A program made the translations under genes and the position numbers. Below the pieces are notes generated by a model, which saw nothing but the letters and a program-made list of their open reading frames with translations, made no database searches and had not been told where the DNA came from. A stretch of 64,000 bases of DNA from Azolla caroliniana (lineage: Eukaryota; Plantae; Polypodiophyta), in assembly GCA_043228905.1 (NCBI GenBank), contig JBHGNT010000002.1:2728001-2792000 (forward strand). Direction: 5' to 3'. Below are positions 11,950 to 26,400 of this stretch, piece after piece (position 1 is the stretch's first letter; the number at the start of each line of letters is the position of its first letter).

Positions 11950-14149
11950 CGTTAGTATTGGACTTCTACCTGTCCCAACATGAAACAAATATATATTGTA
12001 AGTGAAACCTCAAAAGAACTGTTTGCGTGCACCATGCCGAAATGCAATGGGTGTTGGTGATAAGAGTACCCCTAGATTGTATGTGCTTGCACACTAGGAC
12101 ACATTAATGTGCTCTTGTACCCCATGGAACCATGGTTTTGGCTTACTAATGAGCTAGCCAAAACCGGATGTGGAGAATCATGAGTTCTCATTCCCTCATT
12201 TATATTCACCTCTAATACAGATACCGAGGTCGCATTATGACCTTCTCCCTTCTTTCCTCTTTTACAATGACTTCCTTGACAATTTGACCATAGTCCTCAC
12301 AATGCACAAGTTGCTTTCATGTGCCATCCATGCCAAGTAACAAGTAGAGCATCCCTAGTGACTTTCATCTTGCTAACTCCAAAAAAATAGCTTCTCTATG
12401 TGTTGAATCTCTTCTCTATTGTAATTTCATAATTGATTTTATGTGTTGAATCTCTTCACTATTTGTTGTCGAATATGGTTTATGTGTTTTTGGTTGCACA
12501 TGCACAATTTAATTTAGGAGTGCTTTTTTTAACATTAGCATTGAACAAGCAAACGGTAGGACATGCACATATGCGAATATGTATGTGAGCAAATAGATCA
12601 AAGGAGCAGCTATGGATCATATAATATCATAATCACAAAGTCTCTCATCTATGAAGGCAATGTCAAGATGGCAGCATACATTTGAAGATCAAATAATTGC
12701 CTCTAGGATGAGATCTTCAACAAGGTCGAAGGAGTGGTCCTACCAATGAGCATGAATGTGAGGGGCTCCATGACGGGAAGCTTGAGTGATGATGTGGGTG
12801 GTGGCTTGGATGTTAGGATCCAGGATGTTGATATGTTCTTGGATAATGTGTTTGATACCTAGACAATCTTTACATTGGCTATGTGATTGTGATGGGATCA
12901 CACCTTTTTGGTGGATGCAGTGATGATGATTGAATTGGTGATATCAATGATGCGGTGGTGAATGCAGTTTGTCATCCATGTTGTTTCTCATATTTTTGTT
13001 ATTGTTGTTGTCATCATCTTTGCTGTGTACATTTGAGTTGTCTGACTTCTGAAGTTTGTTTACAAGTGATTCACATCGTGTATGCAAAAAATAAATAAAG
13101 GTCACCTTTAGGAATTGAAATCTATTAAGATGAGTTAGGGTTATCATGAAGGGGGAACTTGGGTGATGTAGTTTTGGGACACATGCTCTTTGCTAGAGTG
13201 TTGATGTGTGTGGTGAGGTGAACACACTTTTTGATAGAGTATGTGAGTGGGTACTGATACTCTATCTTTGGTAGACCATGAGGGTGATGTGTGAGTTGGA
13301 GTTATAAGTTCATTTCTAGAACAAATTTCTAACATGTGGGCATGTTCCACTTGTAAGACCATGCGGTGTGTTGGGCATGGTTTCTTTTCTTCATGATGGA
13401 CTCAATTCCAAACATGTTTTAGAGCATGTTCTTGTTTGAGAGGCCATGTTCTATAATCAAGTACATATGTGCTCATTTGCTCTCCCATGTGGGTTTCTTC
13501 TAGTGCAGATTCGTTCAAATGAATTTTCTTCTTAGAGCACAAGCTTGTTTTTCAAGCATGAGCTTTGTTTCTAGGGTAGGTTCTTTTGACCATATGCTTC
13601 TTTGCATAGGCACTCCTTGGTCAAGCCTACACTTATACAAAAGACATGGGCTTATTGATTCACCCATGACTAGGATTTTAACGTTTTCTCTTTGGTGAGC
13701 TCACAATTGTCTTGTAAATGTACTCAAACCTAATATGAACATGACAAGTCTTTAGAAAGCTCACTTTCCAATTGAAAGCCCAATGATTTGTAATTACTCT
13801 TTTTTTACACCATTTTTTGTTACCCTTAAAACCTTCCCTCCTCTATTCCTCTTGCTTCGACAACATATTTTCCTTGAGTCCAAGATTTCCTTGACTTTGC
13901 TCTCTTCACCATCCTTGAGTTATATGGTGGGAGGTTCTTCATTGTTAATCGAGAATTGAAAACAAGTACCGACATAAGCACCATAACATGAGTATAAGTC
14001 AACACATAAAACTCAAGATGAGGAAATTGGGGTGGATACCAAATGCAAATGAAGAACCGTTGTAGAAAAAAGGTATCATAGGGGATGGAAAGTTAACAAG
14101 GATTGAAGCAAAAACAAGAACAACATCAAAACCAGGCCGACAATATGGG

Positions 14150-15400
14150 TGTTTGAAACTAATGGAGTGAGCCAACTAGTCCACATGTGGGTTATTGGCA
14201 TCTAGTTGAGCCAATCCCAATATGATAATATATCTGAGGGGACATGGTTAGATAGACTTGGACAATCTCTTCATGAGGTGCTCGCATTTGAGCAAACATC
14301 AAAATTGTTTGATGTGTAATTGTAGGTCCTAAAGAGGACGAGCAATTGTCAATGACTTCCACTATAAATGGGGTGGTTATATGAGCAATTGACACTCCAA
14401 CACATTTAGCATAGGTGATGTTGATGAAACAATGACTTCCACAAAATGTGGGGTGGTTTTTCAAAGAATTGACACTCCCACGTGCTTAGCATAGGTGATG
14501 TTGATGAAACACAATGTGGCTCTAGAGTCGTTGAATGCTTGGATCAAAAAGTCTATTGAGCCACTAATGAGATGTACAAGAATAGTGGAACTCCTTAAGT
14601 GGCCAATTGGGGGGCTACAACTTTGACAAAGATCATAGAGTTTGGCGTGTTCTAGATGCATGACTCCTATTATAATTGGACATTGTTATTTCCTAAGTAT
14701 GGTTGACCATGGTCAATTGTTGTCATTCATATGTTCAGGTTTTCCACAACATAGGCAAAGGATGTTATCCCAACAATGTTAACGTTTGGTATATATGAGC
14801 GACAAGAACCGGACCCTATCTATGTCATGGTGGTGATTGATACTGACTAATGGGGTGGGGTTTGTGAGTGTTGGAGGCAAGATTAATGTTAGCACTAGTT
14901 GTTGCAAACGAGACGCGTGTCGTTCTTGGTGAAATTTGTATATGTACTTGTCACATCATACAACTTGGATAATCACCTCACCAACGGTGACTAGTTAAGG
15001 TATGCTAAGCAAGATATTTTATAAGTTGTTTTGGAGCCCACACCAGAATTGGCTGAGGAAACCTAGTCATAAAATTGATGTTGTAGGCCAGCTAGTGGAA
15101 CTTTGATGCATACATCAAGACTACCCTAGATCCTTGTTATAGGTTTTAAATTTTGTTGATTGAGGATTAGAGTTTGCTCAACTCCCCATAGGTCACCTCA
15201 AACTCATTGACAAAGGCTAGAAATATTCCAAAAGGGGCATCAAATTTTCTATTAGTGGTGCAAACCATACTTGGCCTAAAGTTCTCAAGGCGAATCATTT
15301 TTATATGCTAGGGATGCATCAACATTATTTTGTTACACCTTAGGTGCTAGAAGTGAATTGGTCTTATTTATTAGAGACAATTTGACCTAATGTTTTTGGA
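14150..15400 (-). mobile_element. Degenerate Ty3/Gypsy gag-protease remnant with an internal ~80-bp tandem duplication (14351-14510)
   Basis: Translations resemble a retrotransposon aspartic protease (AFNDSRATLCFINITYAK..TPFIVEVID..GPTITHQT); boundaries approximate. Confidence 0.55.
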
Positions 15401-15997
15401 TTGTTTTGGCCTTATTTGTTAGTGATAAGCTGCTTTTGGGTGGTAAAGCCTTAAATCCTTGACTAGTGTTGTATATACATCTTATGTAATCAAGATACCA
15501 ACCAATCAAGTATCACAAGAAAACAAGAATGACGTAAAATTGTAAAATTAGCAGGTCTTGGTACAAAATGAAAGAAAGAAAGAAAATTATAATTTGATTA
15601 ATTTTTTTGGATTAAGGTAAGAAGAAAAATGACGTTACAGTATTTGCAATCTCTAATCACTTCATTGAGATGCCCTCAACTTCTTCTTCGTTGAACGGTA
15701 GACCCAATCATCCAAAGCCTAAATGCTTAACTCAATGTTTATGTAAAACCTCACCAAAAGCCTTGGGTGTGGGTCTAGGTTCCCATTTGTGTCACCAAAA
15801 GAAGTGAGGAGTTTGAATTGTTCCCAAACACACTCCATCTTTAGAGTCCTCTCTCTACACTAAAATGGCTAGGTGGGATAAAAGCAACATCTAACATAAT
15901 GTCGAAGACACTCACTAATAATCAAGGCACTGAATTGAATTAATTCCTCTTCTATTTGATATAAAAAAAGGTGGTAAATAAGCTTCTTTTCTTCTTA

Positions 15998-16185
15998 GTG
16001 TGATTACATATCTTTTGACCGAAATAATGTGATATGGGTCTTTTTCGACTTGGTCATTTAACAAAAGTGTGATTAAGGGTCTTTTTTGTTGATCAATCGA
16101 CCAACATAAGGTGATTAAGGATCTTTTTCTTCTTGATCATTCAACAAAAATGTGGTTTAGGGTTTTTTTTCTTGATCGTTCATAC
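15998..16185. repeat. Degenerate ~41-bp tandem repeat (~4 copies)
   Basis: Recurrent gtgattaagggtcttttt...ttgatca.tc.ac.a units. Confidence 0.55.
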
Positions 16186-18130
16186 AGTGTCCTCTTGGAA
16201 CTACTTTTCTCTTGTTTTTTTTCTCATTTCTCTTTTACAAACCTTTGATTTTGCTTATAGGCAAAGCGTTTCAATTGGTTCCTTGCGACACCTAGAGACT
16301 ACTCATGCTTCTTATCTGATTTTTGAGTTGTCTCTTCTATGCAAGATCTATAGTCGCACATCTTGTCTTATACTTTTTCTTAATCTCACTATCCTCCACA
16401 TAACTATGAGATGAAAAAGCACAAAGCTTTGTTAGGATTAATTTTATGGTGAATCACATTTGATTGGGTTTTAATCCTTGCAAATGTGATATCATATTTG
16501 CTAATCCACTTAGATTTGTGTTAGTGCATATTTTGTTATTAGACAACCCTTTAATCATGTGTAAACATAATTGTGCTCACCAATACTCTTGCACATCAAA
16601 ACAAACAGCCTATAGGTAATACACCATCCATCACCTACCTCTCTTAGTTTAGAACCCTTATGGTTCAATCTCAACCTTCATGTACCCACGAACTATCGTG
16701 GCAATGTCTAACAAAGTTAACTTATTAGAGAATACAAGTTATAGGTAAAACAACACACTTGATCATAAACAACAAACCAACTCTTACAAGAGACCCACAT
16801 ACTCATGGTAAACTCTTACAAGACACTCATGGCGATGTGTATGCACAATATATGTCAAGATACTTTTAAGATACCAAGACACCCAAAGAACACATGCAAC
16901 AACTTGACAAAGATGTTTTCCACCAACATGCATGCCTAGAAGCTTCATATCCAACAATAGTTGAAAGACATGCTACAATGGATTATCTCCATCAATGAGT
17001 ACACTCAAGATAAAGATCATATGCATCTTCCTTACCTCCATTGATGCAACTCACAATAAGGTAGAGAGTTAATTCTTAATCAAAATGTCAAAAGTGGGAA
17101 CAATGTTGATGCTATATTTACAAGGAATATGAAATTTCCAATCTAACTACTAGAGCTAAAAGAGTTATAACTTTGGGCCCTAAGCTACTTTCTTACATCA
17201 TTATGCATGAGGATTCAAAAAAATACAACCGATTGGCCTTTTCCCTTGTTTTTTTTCTTATTTACAATAAATGTGGAAGAAGAACAATGCTCTTGGTGTG
17301 ACTCAAACAATTGGTTGTCACAAGAGATGAGGTGGACATGGAAAAATTGTTTTAGTCGGTTGGTCTGTTAACATTAAGCAAGAGATTGTTAACATCACTT
17401 CAGAACCCTAAATGGAATTAGTCTATGAATACTTGCCCAACCTAGTTGATATCACATGCCACTTGGTAGAATTTCAACCTGTAGGACAAAGTTGTAAGGT
17501 TTGTTATAATTCTTGTTAGCTAAAGTTTGACACTTATTAGACTTACCAGAGGTAGCTTCAAAATCAACAAGGAGAGTCGAGGAAATGTGAAGGGGAGCGG
17601 AGATGTTAACGAGAAGGGTAATCCAATTTGTGTTGGCCTATCCTGAGGGTGCATATAAGCCTGGCCTACTTGGGGTAATCTGTGGTAAAGCCAAGGTTAG
17701 GGCCTGATGATGAGATAAAGTTGATTGATGAATCCACCAAAATTAATCTTGACGTCACCTAATGTAGTCAAGGCCAAGTGGAGCTCATGTAAGGAATCTT
17801 AGAGAATGGTATTTTCAAGTTGTAATTGTTACAAAGTAGCAATTACATGACTAAGGTCAACAATAGAGTTACGGAGGTATGACGCGGTTATAACTTGAAG
17901 GTCATTTAGATCAAAATTATCAAGAATGTGAAACAAAGGAAAGGTAGAATGTTGATGAGTAGATGATAGGCTATTAGAAAATGAAGGTGCGATAGAAAAC
18001 TATCCTAAATTTCAAATAAATAGATGAGATCTTATGCATGCATGGAATGGATCAAAGTGAATCAAAGAACAAGAATAAATCGATAAAAACTAATTGAATG
18101 AGGATAAGTATGTGGATGAATGGACCTTAT

Positions 18131-21100
18131 AGTAATAGATATTGGTTTATATTTTCGTTTGAACTAATTGAAGAATTCCTTATTAACTTGATCTTGCTTT
18201 TTTGACTAGTGAGCAACATTGCGATAAAAGAGGAATGTGGAACGTGCCTGCTGCTTTTCTTTTAAACTTCTTTTTACCTATTGCAAATCAGAAAGTAGCA
18301 TGGATGAAGTTGGATACCTTTCCAACAGTTTTTGTAATGATGCAAGAGCATGACGCAAATTGGCAATTTCTGAATTGCAGCAATACACCAAAGTTGAAAC
18401 TATATTACATCCTTGAAACGGCTTGATGGATCATATACATTAGATGACTTCGAGATGCGAGGTATAGTCTCAGATTACTATCATCAATTGTTGTCTGCTA
18501 CAACTTTTACAACATGTAGACTTTATAAGAAACAAGATATACTTGCAATTATTCAGTAGAAGATCACAAATGAAATGACATCTCATTTAATACAACCATT
18601 TACGTTTCAAGAGGTGTTATTTGCAACTAATCCTTGGGTAAGGATGTCTGTCTAGGAAAAGATGGAATAGGAGTTGGCTTCTACTTACATTATTGGGATT
18701 TTCTTGGTCCTATCCTCACTAGAGGGACTAATCTAATTTTTTCAACGGGAACTATACCGGCGGAATGGAAGGAAGGTATAATATATATGATTCCTATTAA
18801 GTCGGATGCTCAAAGTGGTGGCCAATAACACTGCTCCATGATATTTATAAGATTGTGGCAAAACAATTGCCATTAGATTATGATCTATATTGCCATCTAT
18901 TATTCATGATACGCACTTTGGTTTTATACAAGACAGAAGCATTTTCGATAATATCTTTTTGTTCTGGGAAATGGTTGCATTAGCTTAACAAAATAAACAA
19001 TAAATGGTAGTTTTACTATTGGACTTTGAAAAAGCCAATGACAAAGTAGACTGGAATTTTCTTCAGGTAGTGCTGTCAAGATTAGGCTTTCCTAATGCAT
19101 GGATAAATGGTGTTTCGGCCTTATATAGGCAGGCCTCTAGCTCAGTTTTGTTCGCTGGAGGTTATGGGCCAATATTTCCGATTTCCAAGTCGGTTATGCA
19201 AGGATGTCCTTTTGCCCCTTCTCTTTTTATCTTGTTTGGGGAAGCTATAGCCTCATACTTAAGATCTTCTTCACTTGGTATACCAGGTATAACATTACCT
19301 ATTGCACAATCTACTGTATTGGATGTTGAGTTTGTAGATGATACGACCCTCTAGGTTGATGAGGACATTGGTAATCTCGGGTAGGTACAGAATGCTTTGC
19401 AGAATTTTTCGAAAGCCATATGTGCCTCTCTTAATTGGAATAAGTCAGTAGGTGGGTGTAGAGCCTCATCCCGCTTGGTATCCAGGTTCTACTTTCCGTT
19501 GGCTTAACCAAGGTGAACCTGTTCGGTATTTGGGATGCCTAGTTGGTATAGATTTAAAATTAGAAGCTATGTTATCCCTGCTGCTATTATCAATAAAGGA
19601 AAAACTTCTATATTGGGATGCCCAACAATTGTCATGTGCAGGTCAGGTTGTAGTAGCAAATTTACTACTTTTGGCCTCTATGTGGTTTATAGCATCTGTT
19701 TGGTTATATTCTAGGTCAGCAATAATGAAAGTGCAAAGCTTGATTCGTAATTTCCTCTGGGGAGGAAAAAATGGATCTCGAACAATAGCCAAAGTTGCTT
19801 GGAAGGTGTTGATTCAACATAAAATCCATGGAGGGTTGGGTTTGATATATCCTTTGATGCAATCAAGAGCCCTCTTCATTAAGTTTGTGATCAGAGGATT
19901 GTTTCCAAGGTCAGAAGCCTGGAAAGGAATGTTTCTAAACCAGCTAATGAAGTTAAGTCCTAAGACGGGGGGAGTTTGGTCTCCCTCTCTAAAATGGTTG
20001 TTCTTGAATTATGTACAAACACCATGGTGGGATCTAGCTTGTAACCGATTTTTGTTAGGAATCATAAGGGCATGGGATGGGATCAAGCCATTTCTAATTA
20101 AAGAGAAGCCTTCTACTTGGGATGCATTGCTTAATCAACCTCTCCTTGGAAATTCTCTATTTCGGGATAATGTAGGAAAAGTGTTGGGTCTTAAAACTCA
20201 CCTTGCCTGGGGTAAACTGGATAATGGGCCAATTGCATCTGTAAGCACTTGGATTCAATTCCAACAGATGTCACAAGCATATCGGCTTGTGCATTTACAA
20301 GCTCTTCATGGAGCCAAGATAATGTATGTTGCCATTTCAGCGTCATATTCCTCATTAGCAGCGACCTTCGAACCCATATAGGAGCATTTTTTGTTTGGAT
20401 GTTTCATAAATGATATATTGTTGGTTGTCAAGGGTATCTCACCTAATGGGCGCATTTCTTATTTTGAGGTTCTTGATAACAATAGAATGCAACCTCATGC
20501 CTTTGACTGCAACTATTTTCAGCACACACAGAATGCACCAGTCAGAGTGCTTGCAAAAATGGGAAAGAAGTGGTTGCTTGATCCTTATCCTTCTATCGCT
20601 CATATGTGTGATATGATGTGGTTGTATGCAAAAGAACCTATTGCAAGACTACTATGGGATCCGGGGGGGTTGGTTCTGGACATATTCCTTGGGGGAACAA
20701 ATCATAAAGGTTCCCTTCTTTCAGTATTCAGTAAAGCTTAGAAGGTCATTACTAAGGTCTACAAATGTAATGGCACCAGCAACACAAAAACATTGGACTA
20801 ATTGGGGTGTTTCAACGTTGCAATTGAAAACATATTGGATCTGGTCTTTCAAGGGGACCTCTAAATTTATTCTTTTTAGATGGCTATTAGTGCATGCAAC
20901 ATTACTAGTTGGCTAGACGTTAAATGGGAATGTAGCACATAATCTTAGGCAATGTGGATTTTGCTATGCAACACTGGAGACTACTAAGCATGCCCTCTGG
21001 TCTTGTTCCTTGGCTCAGCAAGTATGGAATAAAGTTCTTTCTTTATTCTGAACGATCAATGTTAGTTGCTTGTTCTCATGGGGAGCAGTGGTTTGGGGAA

Positions 21101-21696
21101 TTTTACACTCCAGCTTGATGTTGTATGAGGCAGACAATATACAAGAGGCCATGACGGTAGAGAAGATTGATATTGGTTAGTTTGTTTCAGCAACCTCGAA
21201 AGCAGGTGTGATCTGTCCAAGTCTGGAAAACTGTGACTACGATAACATTATGGGTATTATGGAAATGTAGATGCAATCGACTTTACGATGCAACAAAGCT
21301 TGGTATTTCAGAGGTATTGCTTGAGATATGGGAAACATTGTTGACAGTAATTCGTGGGCAATATGATAACTTGTATGGTTCTCCAAAAAATATTCATAAA
21401 AGAAGGATGAAGCTTCTTCACTTATGGAGGAAGGTGCCTCTCTTTGTAGTGACAAATCAAAGACCTCAATGGAACTATCAACTTCCATGGACCCTTTCTT
21501 GATATAAAAACAACATGTTAATGTATCGTATTAAGGTTCAACATCCCTATATAAGTTGTTTTTGTACAGGTTTAGGTGTACATAGATTGTCTTTTATTCT
21601 ACGTTGTAAGCCTATGGGCAAATAACATTTACTTGTACTTTTTCGATGTTTTTAATACTATTGAAGAAAATCTTTCAAGGAAAAATAAATAAATAT
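18131..21696 (+). mobile_element. L1-type LINE, 5'-truncated with a 5' inversion; pseudogenised RT and zf-RVT
   Basis: RT motifs (LLDFEKA..DKVDW, QGCPFAPSLF, FVDDTTL, YLG), C-terminal CxxC..ETTKHALWSC, A-rich tail; 11-bp TSD atggaccttat at 18120-18130 and 21697-21707. Confidence 0.9.
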
Positions 21697-22241
21697 ATGG
21701 ACCTTATGAATATGATGATGAGTGGACCACAAAGGTATGTTAAGGAATGATTAGATAAACGAGGGTTGAGGGAGTGGAGAAGAAATTTTGGATCCTGTGA
21801 CAAACCTAAATGCACCCCTCGGATGAGATGTGGATCCAAGAGAGAGTTGAGATAACAAGCTTAACCACAAATGCCTTCATCATATGTGGGCTAAAATCCA
21901 TTGTTGACTTTATATAAATGAAGTGAATATAGTAGATATCTCACTGACTCTTCCATGATTACTAGATTGGTCTTAGATTCTTGTGTGCTAGAGATTAAGA
22001 GTTTCTCTATCTCCCTAATTAACTTTTTCTATAGAGGTGAAACGATAACACAATGTAAATGTAAAGCGGTGAAGGGATAAAACTTTTACTAGGGATTCTT
22101 CATCCTCATAAGTTAGCTAGTCATTAAGGCTTCCTCTATCTCCCTAATTAACTCGTTCTAAGCCCAAAATTTAAAGCCTAATATTATCTTAATATTAAAC
22201 CCTAATTCGTGTACCTATTTTTCAGTATGGATTAATCAAAA

Positions 22242-22810
22242 GTTCAACATGTCAATGATTTCTTACCTTATTGTACTTCATCCAAGTGTTTTAAATTGTG
22301 GTTAAGTCATTTAAACCTCTTATGTTAAGTGTTAATCTTGTGAATTTATGGGTGAAAGATAATGATTAACGTTTTCTCTAGTAGTTACTATACACTTAGT
22401 ATCTCAAAGGTAGTTGAAACCTACTCTTGCCCATCTCTCTAATTAGAGGGTAGACAATGGTAGGAGCCCCTAAAAGGACCTCATTATGGTTGTCATGAAG
22501 ACACTATGAACGTGGGCTCATTAAACAATAAAAAATCACCACGTTGCTAGTAACATAGATAAATAAAATGTTCAACATTTCAATGATTTCTTACTTTATT
22601 TATACTTCTCTAAGTGTTATAAGGTGTGGTTAAGCCATCTAAATAGGTTACAAGAGGGCAATAAGTGAATATGTGAGTGGAAGATAGCGATTGGAGTTTT
22701 CTCTAATAGTTAGTGTACATGGTAGCAATTCAAGAGTAGTTAGCAACTACTCTCATCCATCTTGCAAACATGAGGGTAGATAGTGGTATGATCCCATGCA
22801 AAGACCTCAT
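22242..22810. repeat. Diverged direct duplication, period ~328 bp
   Basis: gttcaacat.tcaatgatttcttac.ttatt...gtggttaag.cat.taaa at ~22242 and ~22570, with collinear similarity downstream. Confidence 0.65.
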
Positions 22811-23107
22811 GGCTCGGAAAACAACCAAAAGTTGCCATAATAAACTACATAATCTATTCCATTATATAATTATATTTTTTAGTTCTTTATATGGTATGAA
22901 AGCATGAGAATTATTCATAAACATAGAGTCTCTATTTAGTGTGTGGTTGAGTATTTCTTTTAAGAACCACATGGTTCATGTTGATGAGGCTAATTGATGT
23001 TTTTTGTGAGAGTTTACAAAGTACCTATTAGTGGAAAAAGTCCACATCATTCATGTGTCATGAAGATCAAAGGAAGAAAAGGAGAAGTAAAAATCACCAC
23101 CAACAAT

Positions 23108-23415
23108 ATGAATATGCAAACGGGTAGATCATTGTTTAGCAAGACATTAGACCGATCAACTTTGCAAGTTGGAAATACAAGATGCACCAATTCCTTGACA
23201 TTGGAGAAGGATATTCTGACTTAGAGAATATCCATGATGAAGTACATGCTAACTAACAAAAGCTTGAAGCAAAAGGAAAGTTGAGAGATGTATTGTCTAG
23301 AAACACGCATGCACAACCACATGCTTGACTATGTGCAAAATGTAATTATGTCAAAGGATGTGTGGAGCGACTTGAGAAAGTTGTTTGCTACAAACACAAT
23401 TGCTCACAAGCTCTA
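23108..23415 (+). mobile_element. Degenerate Ty1/Copia gag fragment, related to the Copia at 60578
   Basis: MNMQTG..LDR..WKYKMHQFL and MYCLETRMHNHMLDYV..DVWSDLRKLFATNT align with the 61116 gag. Confidence 0.7.
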
Positions 23416-26400
23416 GAGTCATGATTTCTCAAAGGGGCCAACACAACTCATACATTGGAGCATTGCTCTTCCCAATGTCATTAACAAGTTTTGAGAAGCC
23501 ACCTTTCTCTCATGGGCTAACTAAGGGATTAGGGGGCATCACTCCTAGATTAGGGGACATCATAGATCAACACATAAAAGCATTTACCTCTGCATTCCAT
23601 GCAACCACGAAAGCCTCAGAGAATTCTTAAGTTGATTTAAAATTAACCGTGGAAACATTATCCGTTATGTAAGGGTTGTTGAAACTAAATAATATGACAT
23701 TATTTCCCAAAACAACACCAACTACAATAAGAGTTCGGTTGCATAAAACAATGGAGTATGGATGTTAAATACATTCTTAAGAGTAAAAGATTTTGTGCCT
23801 CTCTTTCCTTTATCAATGTGAAGATTGATGGGGACAAGATGGTGTGAACATACCTTGGCAGCGTACTACAATGGTTTGGCATACTTAAAACTTCCATGTA
23901 GCTTGTGGTCGAAAAAGCGGTAGAGTACATCCCAAAACTATTTGGAATGTTGTTATTATTGCAAACCTAACTACATTAGTGGATCATTACAAAAAGAGCA
24001 CTATCTAGATTGATTGTTGGATGAAGAACATCTTCCCCAAACAACTTGGAGTAGACAAGCTTGAACAATTTTGGAAGGTGCTTGGCCTATGTTTGCTTGA
24101 TCCGATGAGCTTGACGAGAAATGGAAGAAAACCAAGCTTATTGTCTGCTTGTTGGTACAATAAATTTGAGCTAGAAGCCCGGGCATGTTGAGTTGGATCA
24201 TTTTTACCATTAAGCAGGTGGATTGTCCAAGTCAATCTTCTGAAATGTTAAAAATGCAATTGAGGGTTATTTATTGATATTTGGGAAAATTATGAAATGT
24301 CTCAAATGTTCCTAATTAATTGGCCGTAAAATAGAGAAAAGTGGGATGAACCGAGCATAGAATTCTCCAAGGCCAAACGTAATCGAGAAAAAGGAGACAA
24401 AATCACCATAGCATTGCCCTAGATACCGGAAGAAACTACTTGAGAGGTAATTGACCAAATCATTTTAATCTATAATAAAACTTTGAGGGATTTTAGGGTT
24501 TTCTTTTTTAAAAATATCCTTCAATAAACTAGGTAATTTAAGAAAAAGAAAGGGATATTCATGTAGCCTAAGAATATGCATCCTAACATTGTGAATAATT
24601 TGTCAATAAGTTACTAGGGGCATTCTTGTGTTGTCTCCTCGTTTACTTATTCCAAAATATTAAGTAAACAACAAGTTACACGTCTGACGATGAACCTGAG
24701 TGTATTTATTAAATTACTAACCAATAATGTTATAATAATAAAACTTGTGAATGTATACAAATGGTACAACAAAATACATTAATGGCATGATGGTATCATT
24801 ATGAGAAATGTTTAGAACATGGAATGGAAGAGTACATAGGGTCATGTGTATCTATCTCAGGGATGTATCAAGGATCTCTTATGGATATATGATGCATGTG
24901 ACGGAGATATACCATGGCATTGTTATTCTAGGTCTACGGTCATGGAAAGAAAATTTCACACTTTTTAAAAGCTCACATCCTAAATTAAGAAGTTTGACCA
25001 CACTTGCTTGCTGAATTTGCCTAATGTTACTTGCATACACCATGATTTCAATGGAAATGTTTCAAATGGACAAATATTTATCATGATCTTGAATTCTCTC
25101 CCGTCCAATTCAGCATACTTGTCTTCATAACATCAATAACATAAGAGCTACAACTTAGTAAGCAAGTTTAATTTTATTCCTCTCTATCATTGCGTAGTCT
25201 ATCATATTGTATATTCCTTTTAAGCTTTTTGAAGCTTGCCATGCATGTGTAAATTCTCTCTCTAGCACAAAAATGTTTAGTAGGTCTTTTTTAGCTCTTT
25301 TGTGGATGGAAACCCGTCATTACCGTTTCTATATTTGAACCTTATTATGGGCATTGTTGTTGCAATGTCCATGAGTATTCTCTCTCATTCAAGTTTCTAC
25401 TTTTAATAATGTTAAATCAAGAGAAAGAGAAAGGGAAAGAGAAGAGAAATCATTTATGATTATCCTACTAACAAGTTGGCACATGGCTCCTCTCAAAGGA
25501 GAGTGGAGATTGAAAGGTAGGTGTTATTATTGCCCTTGGAGATCAAATATAACCAAACAAACAAAAGTAAATTGTTTTTATGTTGTAGGTGTGTAGGGAG
25601 TGGACGGGATTAGCAATATGTAGAAACCAGACTCGAGTGTAATTGATCTAAGTGTGAGTCAACAAGTTTCCTCACCTAATTGTCACCCCTTAGTTCACAT
25701 TCTTTAATGTAAGAGCGGGGAGATGGTAGACAAAGGGATGGGTTCTAACATGTATTAATGAATGGGGTTTCCTTGTTCCGAGAAGAAGAAGGTTTTGTAA
25801 TGTTCTGTAACATTTGTAATTGTGGTGTGGTATAACATCTGTAATATAATGTGTGAAACATAAGACTCCACATTTATCTCAAGGAATGACGCATTGGCAT
25901 TGGAAAAAAGCTGCATATATAGAGGAATATATACAATTCATCATAAAGAAAATGCAATGCCTCTAGTATACAAACCATGTGTTCATACTTGCATCCATCA
26001 ATAACCCCAATTTTGGCTTTTGAACATATTTTACTTGCTTCCCATGCAATTCTAGGAACTCAATGTGACATTGTTTTTAATTTTAAGCACATATTATGTG
26101 ACCCTTCTCCTAACCATCACCTCCATAAGATTTGATCCAATCTCAAAGAAGTGGAAACATGTTATCTATACCTTGACTATAAAAAACTTCATAACAAAAC
26201 ACTTTTCAATATTTTCAAACTCTTTCCAAATGAACTTATGAATGCTACTGCCCCCATACTTCGACCCCCTAGAGAAGCACTCGGGTTACCAATGTGCCAG
26301 ATGTTAATTTACCATGTTCACATCCATGATGCCTAAATAGGATGTTTAAGCTTTTGCACAAAGAACTCCGCTTTTGAAAACCAAGTAATGATCAAAGAAT

